NCBI GenBank assembly: GCA_964016885.1
Contig: OZ024743.1
Span: forward strand, 332,320,001-332,384,000
Direction of reading: 5' to 3'
DNA from: Eledone cirrhosa
Taxonomy: Eukaryota
DNA: 64,000 nt
Shown here in pieces: positions 51,373-64,000 of the stretch. Position 1 is the first letter of the stretch. Each line of letters starts with the position of its first letter. A program made the translations under genes and the position numbers. Below the pieces are notes generated by a model. It was not told the origin of the DNA, searched no databases, and saw nothing but the letters and a program-made list of their open reading frames with translations.

Positions 51373-52192
51373 TGTAGCGGTTGTCTCCCTTGTTTTGATT
51401 GGGATCTAGACGGGAAGTGGAACCCTTTCTGCAACTTCCGGTCAGAGCCCTATAAAACTAACAACGTTAAGCTTCCTTCCTCTCTCTTTGCCTTTTCGGC
51501 ACCAGGTCAAGAGTCTTCTCATTTGGCTCTGCCATTAATTTGGCCAACAGGCGCCTGGCCTTAGCCAGGCGCCCTCTGCCAGCCGCGTTTGCCTGGCAAT
51601 CAAAACGGTAACTACTAACTTTGTTTCATTCTAACATATATCTTTGACATGTCAAGTATTCTATCTACCGTTAATTAAATATTATATACACAAACATTGT
51701 CTCGTTTTGTTACATTCATGCAACCAGTAATCTCGCTATATTGGTAACCCTGACGTGATACGAACACGCAGCCGTTCATCGCTATAAGTGGTCACCCCCC
51801 CCCCCCCCAAAAAAGAAAAAAATAGCACATCTGGTTTTGTGAGTAACATTACGAATACACAGCAAATTTAGCGACAAACTATGAAAATACTCAAGGACAC
51901 GCACACACGCACATGTGGAATTCGCACAGACATACTTTTTCTCTCACGCATCAATTAACTGTCGCATTTCACCAATATATATATATATGTTTCTCGTTTC
52001 TTACAACGAACACTTTCAAAACAAAAAAAACATTTCACGATATATATATATGTTTCTCGTTTCTTACAACGAACTCTTTCAAAACACACAAAAAAAAAAA
52101 AGGAAATTTGATATTCTTTAAAAAACATTTCAACAGGAACATTTATTTTCGATGACCCATTGCCTTTTGTTCTTCGTTTTCTTCATCGTTCA

Positions 52193-52228
<36 letters not shown>

Positions 52229-53494
52229 CCAAAAGTTCACACCTATAATTATGCTGATTGAAGCCTTTCTTTTTCATCATTGTCACTTTCAAAATTGCAC
52301 TATTATTTTCTCGCGCGTTAGAAATATTTTTTTTCAACCTTGTATTGGCACGTGTAGGCAGCATAAATTCTCGATTCACTGAGATGTCTCTTACTCACAG
52401 ACAGCCGCACGCCAGAGATAGCATTTCTCCCCCAAGGATTCTTCAGCCTTAAGCTATATTCTTCTATTTGCCGGTTTATAAATTTACAATGTAAATTTAC
52501 CGTTGATAACCGCGCATTTATTAAGAATGCTTATTTCTCTGGTCGCTGGCCTCTTGACCCTTCCAGGTCAACGCATTCTCAACATCGACCATCAACTTCG
52601 GCTGCTATTTCTAGCACTTTGCGCAACTCATTTTTTTCTAAAAAAAAATTTTTTTACTGTGAATTTAAACACCGAATACGCTCACTCAGCGAGACAACAG
52701 CAGCAGCAACAGCAATACATCAACACAGCTTCACCAAAGCCAGAGAATTTATTTTTGCAGCACTCTTCCTGTGAGAAAATCCATTCGGAGGTTGGAAATT
52801 TCACGATATACCACAGAACAGAAACCACCTGCATTCATTCTCTGGAACACTTTCTTTCCTGCTGTCATGTGATTGCACACCTGTGAACTATATTTTGAAC
52901 TTTGAGCTCTTCTATTACTTTTACTTTATTACATTGTATCTTTGGGTGATGGATAGATGGATGTCCAGTCGTTCTCTGGCCAAGAGCGGCTGGCTACCTT
53001 GATATCTATCATTGATTTTTCCAAACATTCTTTTGTCGTAATTTTCATGCCTGTTACAACATTCTCGCCAACTTGCTACATATTTTCATTTCGATTTTTA
53101 TACACTAAAATTCTGGCGGGAGGTTATGTAGCGGTTGTCTCCCTTGTTTTGATTGGGATCTAGACGGGAAGTGGAACCCTTTCTGCAACTTCCGGTCAGA
53201 GCCCTATAAAACTAACAACGTTAAGCTTCCTTCCTCTCTCTTTGCCTTTTCGGCACCAGGTCAAGAGTCTTCTCATTTGGCTCTGCCATTAATTTGGCCA
53301 ACAGGCGCCTGGCCTTAGCCAGGCGCCCTCTGCCAGCCGCGTTTGCCTGGCAATCAAAACGGTAACTACTAACTTTGTTTCATTCTAACATATATCTTTG
53401 ACATGTCAAGTATTCTATCTACCGTTAATTAAATATTATATACACAAACATTGTCTCGTTTTGTTACATTCATGCAACCAGTAATCTCGCTATA
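51373..53494 (+). mobile_element. Non-autonomous LTR retrotransposon (probably Gypsy-derived)
   Basis: 368-bp LTRs at 51373-51740 and 53127-53494, identical by eye, with TGTAGCG...CGCTATA ends; 4-bp TSD cact; PBS tggtaaccctgacgtgat (tRNA-Trp-like); PPT-like ctggcgggaggtta. Confidence 0.95.
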
Positions 53495-53723
53495 CACTTT
53501 ATTTCCCCTTGTTTCAGTTCACTCAGCTGGAAAAAAAATAATTTCCGCTTTTAAGTCAAAGTGAAGGCATGTGGCTAAGTGGGTAAATATCTGGATTCGC
53601 AATCGTGAAATTGCGTGTTCGATTTCCGGACCAGGTGATGTGTTATGTTCTTGAGCAAGATACTTTATTTCACGTTGCTCTTCCTGCCAGGAGTTGCTAC
53701 CGGTCGAAAGTATCATCAATAGA

Positions 53724-53770
53724 AAAACCTATGGAAAAATAGTTTCCGATTTGACGAGTTCCACCATATA

Positions 53771-53846
<76 letters not shown>

Positions 53847-53889
53847 TGGTGGAACTCGTCAAATCGGAAACTATTTTTCCATAGGTTTT
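53724..53889. repeat. Inverted duplication across a (TA)n tract
   Basis: aaaacctatggaaaaatagtttccgatttgacgagttccaccatata and its reverse complement. Confidence 0.9.
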
Positions 53890-54279
53890 GCGCTTTCTAG
53901 CAACCAGCCCGCTCGCCGTAAGGCACCAATCACATTATTTCTGACTTGACCACTGCCACGTCACAGTTCTTAGCCATTTTGAATTCGTTTCTGGCGGGGA
54001 TCATTTAAGAAAAATCTTCGTCCAAGTGAGTTTGTTTCCTGATGATTTCGAAGCTCGTGAATTTATCCTTGATCGGATATTTCCAAAAAGCGAATGAAAC
54101 CCATGGGGTAGAAACATAATTTTGGTATGTATATATACATTTTTTCTTCTAACTTTGATTTTATACCTAATTCTGGATGGTTGACGATATATTTAATTGA
54201 TTTCCATGTGCTATTAGAATTGCTGGGTAAATATTCTATAGCTGTTGATCGCGAATACATAGCTGTCGTTTATTTATCT

Positions 54280-54405
54280 CTTATTTCTTCATAGGTGTCT
54301 TTTAATCTTATAGCCTGGCTTAATTGGTTTTTGTGTGGTTGATTATGCTGATTGGGAGAGGAAATGATGTATATATTTTATCAAATGATTCTATGGACAT
54401 ACTTT

Positions 54406-54443
<38 letters not shown>

Positions 54444-54774
54444 TATAAAGGTTTACATATATATATATATAAAGTCATAAATATACATGTGTTTTGCAAC
54501 GGGTCACTTTGTGGCTCAATGAAAAATTTATTTTACACCTAATTCTGTTTAGTTGACTGTATATCTGGTCGATTTATACATGCTGTCGAAATATTCGATA
54601 AATGACCCGTCGTAACCGCCGCGAAGGGGCTGCTTTCGGTTATTTGTCGGCGATTTCTTCATAGGAGCCTTTATTCTTATAGCTTGGTCTAATTGATTTT
54701 TTATATGGTTAATTATGCTAATTGGGAGAGGAAACGGTATATATTTTATCTGGTGATTCTATAGACATGTTTTA

Positions 54775-54778
<4 letters not shown>
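54280..54778. repeat. Diverged direct repeats (54280-54410 / 54653-54778); third partial copy at 15913-15990
   Basis: tggttaattatgcta.ttgggagaggaaa...tatatattttatc...tgattctat.gacat. Confidence 0.75.
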
Positions 54779-54844
<66 letters not shown>

Positions 54845-54875
54845 GTGTGTGTGTGTGTATAAAGATATGTATATA

Positions 54876-54972
<97 letters not shown>

Positions 54973-55454
54973 TCCTCTTTAGCTAATATTATTATTATTA
55001 CTATGAACTGCGGAATACTCTTAATTCCGATCCCCGTATACTTAAAGAGCTCCAAATTGTTGAGCTAATAAATTCGAATGGTTGGGCTGCACTCTCTAGC
55101 ATTTTCCCCAATCCATGAGAGCCGTTATTTGATGCAAATAACATGTGATTTTGCCCTACTCTGGGCAGCGTGTATATTAGCTTTTTCTCTATCCATGAGG
55201 TTAGATGTGTCGTGAACAGAATCCACATTTGCTGACTTATAGTTATAAGGTTGGTAATTTAAAACTCTACTTCAGAGATTTGATTCTGACTTAGTTTTTT
55301 TCTATTTAATTGCTAAACCTGTAGATATTGTTTTCTATACAGTAACGGTAAAACTGACTTGTAATAATTCTTTACACACATCTCACTGTGTAACACACTT
55401 CTCTTTGTGTAATATATTTATATTTGTATATATATATATATATATATATAAAGG

Positions 55455-55523
<69 letters not shown>

Positions 55524-55562
55524 GTATGTATATATATATATATATATATACATATATAAAGG

Positions 55563-55622
<60 letters not shown>

Positions 55623-55628
55623 TAAAGG

Positions 55629-55714
<86 letters not shown>

Positions 55715-56241
55715 ATAGGTGCATGGTTGCAAGAAAAATTGCGTCTGTAGGCGGTATGCCAGTTGAGCCCTCGATGCTCGCGCAGAGCAGAGTATAATAC
55801 TATAAGAATAAAGGAACAATGATTCAGTGTTGCATCGTAACATATTTTATAACATATTACATATGTTTCACTATCGATCAGTTCGAAGAAAGACCTATTA
55901 TTGATCAAACCTGACTCTGTAATCGAAAGATCATCAGATATGTTTCCTATGTGATCACGTCTCCGATTCTATGCGTGAAATTCTCTAGCTATTAGATATA
56001 TACAGCGCATTCTAACAACCTAGTATTCTGCGTCCACTCATTGGTTCATTATCTCATCACCATCATCAGTCTATCCCCAATATACGATATGTTTCTGTAT
56101 ATTGAACATATATAGGTCTCGCTGTGAATATCCTAGGCTGTGATCATCTGATATTTATTTCAATAGCAGCGTGAGAACGCCGGACGTTGGCGTCTTAGGA
56201 TTTTAATATCTTATTTTCTCTTTCGTGTATAAAATTATATA

Positions 56242-56487
<246 letters not shown>

Positions 56488-56502
56488 CATATATATATAT
56501 AC

Positions 56503-56533
<31 letters not shown>

Positions 56534-56546
56534 CATATATATATAC

Positions 56547-56708
<162 letters not shown>

Positions 56709-56919
56709 TTTCTTATTTTTAATCGCTTGTCTAAGGAGCAGATCGATAATGGAGTTGAGTCCATAACTTCAATGAGTGACTCTGAGTGAATCCTCTGCGA
56801 AACGTGCATAACAAGTCGATATACAATTAAAAAAAAACAACTAAATACTTGTAAACGAAACTTTATCATTTTTCTTTATACATACATACACACACACACA
56901 CATATATATATGTGTGTGC

Positions 56920-56950
<31 letters not shown>

Positions 56951-56991
56951 CGTGTATATATATATGTGCGTGTACATATATATATGTGTGC

Positions 56992-57083
<92 letters not shown>

Positions 57084-57120
57084 ATATATCAAAATGAAAA
57101 TCCGAAGGCAAGGTAAAATT

Positions 57121-57216
57121 CCAATCATTTAATCACGACACATGTTTCAATAAGAGATAGATCGATTGTGAAGCTATGATCGATTATCACTGATCTCATC
57201 AGGTGAAAATGAATTG
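57121..57216 (-). ncRNA. Type-I hammerhead ribozyme
   Basis: cattttcac-CTGATGA-gat...att-GAAA-catgtg-TC-gtgattaaatg; near-palindromic stem III. Confidence 0.75.
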
Positions 57217-57376
57217 TCTTCAAATTCTTGATATGAAGGAGAAAAAATAACGATGTTCTCTCACAGAATTCATTCCGCCATATAAAGTTATTGGACCATT
57301 TTACACAACCAATAATGCACCTTACTATATAACAACTATATATATATATATATGTATGTATATATATATATATATT

Positions 57377-57451
<75 letters not shown>

Positions 57452-57454
<3 letters not shown>

Positions 57455-57642
57455 AAAATGTTTAACTCCGAGAGCTCAAGCCGTTTCGACGGCTATTTCT
57501 GGACTGAAATAGCCGTCGAAACAGCTTGAGCTCTGCCGTCGGGGTTAAACATTTTGTTATTACCCACTCTACTACCCTAAGTATTGAGTACTCTGGTCTG
57601 GTGCGTTATGGTCCATCTGGTTCTTTACCACACTTCCTTCGT

Positions 57643-57645
<3 letters not shown>
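57452..57645 (+). mobile_element. Fold-back mini-element (22596 family)
   Basis: Arms 57455-57499 / 57506-57555; same tail as 22698-22775. Confidence 0.8.
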
Positions 57646-57683
<38 letters not shown>

Positions 57684-57713
57684 GTGTGTGTATATATATA
57701 TATATATATGACT

Positions 57714-57930
57714 AAAGAAATTATTTAGCCTGATAGTGGGGTTAAGAACCCTCCGAGAAATGGAAAAAGATGAGTATGTACGTCAATACTCATCCTTTTC
57801 TATTTCTCCGAGGGTTCTTAACCCCACTATCAGGCTAAATAATTTCTTTAATTTCTTTAGTCAAAATACGGCGATAGCTTACATTTATAATAATTTCAAA
57901 CCCACTCGCGGTTTCGAAAATATTCTTACA
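57714..57930. mobile_element. Fold-back mini-element (family also at 22277-22420)
   Basis: Arms 57714-57776 / 57786-57850; (TA)n flanks. Confidence 0.8.
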
Positions 57931-58240
57931 TATATATATATATATATATATATCACAAGCGTAAATATTCAGGTAAATAAAGCATTATGCCAATAACATT
58001 TCAAATGTAATACCAGAACAGAGCAAGATAAGACAAATGTTGTCATCACTGGTATAATCCATAAGTAAATCTGACGAGCTGTATAAACATGGTGATACAG
58101 AGCACATAGATAATCATGGAGAAAAGGTAAAGATGAAGTATTAAGTTTATTTATCTAACATGTTTGTATGAATTCATCCCATTTATCATTCAATGCTGAT
58201 TGATATATATTTATATACATACACACACGCGCACACACAC

Positions 58241-58309
<69 letters not shown>

Positions 58310-58346
58310 TACACACATATACACACACATATTTATATAGACACAT

Positions 58347-58377
<31 letters not shown>

Positions 58378-58502
58378 AACAAATATATATACGCACATAT
58401 ATACGCACACATATATATATAAATATATGTGTGTGTGTATGTGGGTGTGTGTACATACATATAGATATAGATATATATATACATATATATATATAGACAC
58501 AT

Positions 58503-58585
<83 letters not shown>

Positions 58586-59314
58586 TGTGTGCGTGTAATA
58601 AGATGGTGTAGGGCAGAACAAGGGAGAGACAAAATAACAAATTAGCCACTGAGGGGATTACACAATGTGTGACGAAAGAGATTTGACAATAAACAAATAA
58701 ACAACCATCCAGGCATTAAACTAACCAACAGGAGAGGAGGTTTATAATAAAATGAAGTGAAAATCAACAGGTGCATGTTTTTTTATTGGCAGCATAACCC
58801 TCCCAAAGTATAACAATATATAGCCTCTTCCTCACCTTTCACTCACTCACTCTCTGTCACTACCTCTCCTCCTCCCCTTTCTTCCCGTTTGACCTGTCCG
58901 TAATCCATTTCTCGCGGGCACTTGGCCAAGCCGGTATGAATTTTTTTTCTCTCTCTCTCGTCTGCGACTTCACAGAACTTATGTTTACCGAATTCGCAGA
59001 CCAGACCCCTTCTTCCTCCCGTTAGACCTGTGCGAAATTCCTCCCTTGCTCACATTTCAACCAGGTTTGATGGTCTTTATTCTCTCTCGTTCACGATTCC
59101 ACCGAATTTATATTCATAGAAATCTGGGACTTGTTTCTTTCTTCTTCATCACTTTCTGTTGCTTAAACCATTTTGTTTGTTTACCCTAGCGTCCCCCTTA
59201 TTTACGAGTCCCAACGACTTTTTTTAGCCGTTGCTCGCACCAACCTGAGGTATATGGCCTTTAATGCGACGAAATGCCTACGACGGTCGGAAGGCCACTG
59301 ATGAGGACAAACTT

Positions 59315-59375
<61 letters not shown>

Positions 59376-59378
<3 letters not shown>

Positions 59379-59725
59379 TGTACCACCGAAATTCGCGGTC
59401 CAGGTTATTCGCGTAATTTTCCTTAGAACCTAACTAATAATTGTTTGTGGAAACCACCGCATATTCGCGGAATCGTAAATATCTTACGCGATTTTTGTTA
59501 TGTTTTTTTTAATGCCAATATATATTTTTTAACGCTAAATTATTAAATATACTGTATTTGCCGGCCTATTGGACGCCCCTTCGCATAAGACGCTCCCACT
59601 TTTTTAACTGTATTTTACGTTATATTTTGACGTTAATAGGCATTTTTATGGACCACATCCAATATCCGCGGTTTTTCACTCTTCGTGGGTGCTTTAGGAA
59701 CGTAATCCCCGCGAATACCGGGGAC

Positions 59726-59730
<5 letters not shown>
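59376..59730. mobile_element. Possible Tc1/mariner-pogo-type MITE remnant
   Basis: Imperfect inverted ends cagtgtaccaccgaaattcgcgg / ccgcgaataccggggactacta between TA tracts. Confidence 0.4.
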
Positions 59731-59777
<47 letters not shown>

Positions 59778-59953
59778 GTAAATAAGACCGCTGTTGTTCC
59801 AATCTGTCCACAAAACATTGAGCACCCTAAACCGAAAGCCATCCTGCAGTCAAGACGTCTGCTAAACCAACCCACCGTCCAAATTCGGCAAACCGAACGT
59901 GGGTCTGCCCACCTTCCCAAACTAGGCAAACCGAACACGGAGCGTACCAGTCA

Positions 59954-59990
<37 letters not shown>

Positions 59991-60226
59991 GTGTGTGTGT
60001 GAGTCCCGGGTTCAGTCGGTGGTATCCACAGCAAGAGAGGTACTCAATACATTGGTAGAGTGTAAACATCAAATTTAATTTAGAAATGGCTTCTATAGGA
60101 CTAGAACTGTTTCATTCAAAAGAAATCATGGAACTAGCTGTTGAAACGGCAAGAGCTCAGCCGTCGGGGTCCTGACTCATTTATATAACCATACTCCACT
60201 AGCCTAAGTATTGAGTACCCTGGTGA

Positions 60227-60301
<75 letters not shown>

Positions 60302-60349
60302 TAGTCAGGTAGAAGCTATTTCTATATTAAATTATATACATATATATAT

Positions 60350-61060
60350 ACTATAATTAAGTTTAATCTATACATATAAAATATATATCGATTATATTTC
60401 TCAACAAAAAAGCTCCAATAAACATTAAACTCAGAACATCAATTATATAAATTTAAACGATATGTAATTTTTTTTTCATATATCAAGTTGAAACACTGTT
60501 GGTATTATGTAGGTATAGAAGTAATAACTATAGTCACTTAAAGATAGCATCAGGCCAATGTTGCCTAAAGCCAACATGTACAGTCCGTTTCATAAAATCC
60601 CAGAAATAGAAGAGCATATAATCGATTTTAATGATCGGTATCAATCACCAATTATCGACTTTGGTAATAAGCATCATTAACACCAAGAATTTTAATCTTC
60701 AGTGAGTTTTTTAGTCTTTTCTATATATATATCTTATCCTGCGCAAATTGCTAGTTACCTGCCCAAGGTAGATGTATGAATTAACTCCACATAGTGTTAG
60801 AATTACGTTTAATAGAGAGGCAAATATTACAGGATAGGTCATAAGGAGTGCTAAAAATAGCTCCCGACAAGTCCCATTACGGAAACTCTACAAATTAAAA
60901 AAAAAACATTGGAGTAGTTATTTACTATAATTAGGTTTAATCAATACATATAAAATATATATTGATCATGTTTCCTCAACAAAAAAGTTCAGAGCATCAA
61001 TTATACAAATTTAAACGGAATATAAAAAAAAAAATTCATATATCGAGTTGAGAACTACTA
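60350..61060. repeat. Diverged direct repeats (~60350-60500 / 60925-61055)
   Basis: ctataatta.gtttaatc.atacatataaaatatatat.gat...ctcaacaaaaaag...catcaattata.aaatttaaacg occurs twice. Confidence 0.75.
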
Positions 61061-61168
61061 GTATATGGACGTTGGTTTTAGGCGATTTTGGCTTGGTTCT
61101 GTCTTTAAGTGGGTATAATTATTACTTCTTTCTATATTGGTTAAATTTATATATATATATATATATTC

Positions 61169-61296
61169 ATTTTATTAAGGCTAAATAGTGAGTTTTGTTA
61201 CTCTGGAGTTTCGCCTGTTGATCACAGTGTTATCAGACTGTGATAAACAGGTGAAACTCCAAAGTAACAAGACTCACTATTTAGCCTTAATAAAAT
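61169..61296. mobile_element. Fold-back mini-element with hammerhead 3' half (related sequence at 17045-17113)
   Basis: Arms 61169-61228 / 61237-61296; GAAA-ct-ccaa-ag-TA-acaagactc. Confidence 0.8.
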
Positions 61297-61356
61297 TAAT
61301 ATTAAACCTCTACTTCGGTATTGGGTACTCTTTTCTCTCAGCCGTGTCAACCACAT

Positions 61357-62897
<1,541 letters not shown>

Positions 62898-63241
62898 AAA
62901 GTTCTATTTAAAGTTGTTGGAATACAAGTAAATATTTTTATAACTGATATAAAGCACTCGACAAATTTTTGGAGTAGATACAAAACATTTATTTACAAAA
63001 AAGGAATTTATCTTACCGGTTTCAATGAAGTGTTGTTGGGCTTCTTCATGCTATGGAAGTGTATAATAAAACTTGTAATGGAGTTAAGTTGTGTATTAAT
63101 AAGAATATGGTATAAAAGAACATGGTTTACATACATATATATATAGAAGAGTTCACATTTTTGTTTATTGCTTTCTCTCTTTCTCTCATTCTTGATGGTT
63201 TTGACTATAACTGCTATAGCTATAGTCACTTCTCAACATTC

Positions 63242-63302
<61 letters not shown>

Positions 63303-64000
63303 GTTGAAAAAGTGGCTTCCTTGTTCAATCATCTTACCAGAAGCCTAACATTATTTATGTAAGCGGACAGTACTTGATTTAGGAGTCGCAGAAACCCAAA
63401 TGCTGGATTTTACCAACCATCCAGGGGTCCGGGTAAATTTTCAATCACATATATTTTTATTTGTTTGACCCGAATTACTTGGTCGTATTTTTGGCTGTGC
63501 GGATGATTGTTTAACCATCGTCTCAGTGTGTTTGGCCTTTAACGTATGTCGTAGCTCTGGTTCATCTGAATCATTGAGCGCTTGCCACACATCTCGGAAG
63601 TTGTTTATCGTTAATTCTTAAGCCGAAATACGATTCTCGGTAATTTATATTTGTATATATATATATAAATTCACGAAATCACATTACCACGGGGTACTTC
63701 TCGAATGAATGGTACTGCAGCATCGTGCCACACACTATCTTACTCAATGCTAACTGAAATAAAATCCAGTAACAGAATATTTCACTAACAGAATCAGTGC
63801 TGTAGTCAACACAATAATTAGGGTTATCAACAAAAATGAACATGAAAAACAAACGATCGACCATCAAAATTATTGATATATCCCTCAAATTAATTACGGT
63901 CGTCAACAAAATTAATACAACTAACATTAAACAATCGATAATGGAGTCAGTCAATAAAAATATCAAAAAATATTGATATATACCCAAACCAGCGCTAGTT

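Overview
AT-rich, non-coding eukaryotic (animal) DNA. The SINE families and the extreme (TA)n/(CA)n density suggest a cephalopod such as Octopus; this is an inference, not a database result. No host gene, rRNA, true tRNA or CRISPR array is supported, and most listed ORFs are microsatellite artefacts (YI/CV/HT runs). The window holds decayed retroelements: three coding Penelope-like (PLE; RT and/or GIY-YIG) remnants, R4/Dong-, CRE-, Tx1/L1- and RTE-type LINE fragments, a bipartite non-autonomous RTE family, more than 25 tRNA-headed SINEs, a very young non-autonomous LTR element and a 72-bp minisatellite. The most striking signal is a field of about 15 short fold-back (palindromic) elements sitting in (TA)n tracts. 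They derive from PLE termini and are accompanied by many type-I hammerhead ribozyme motifs. In six of them the fold-back turns at stem II of the hammerhead, and several end in a shared ACTC...GAGT stem-loop. All coordinates and pairings were read by eye and may be off by a few bases.
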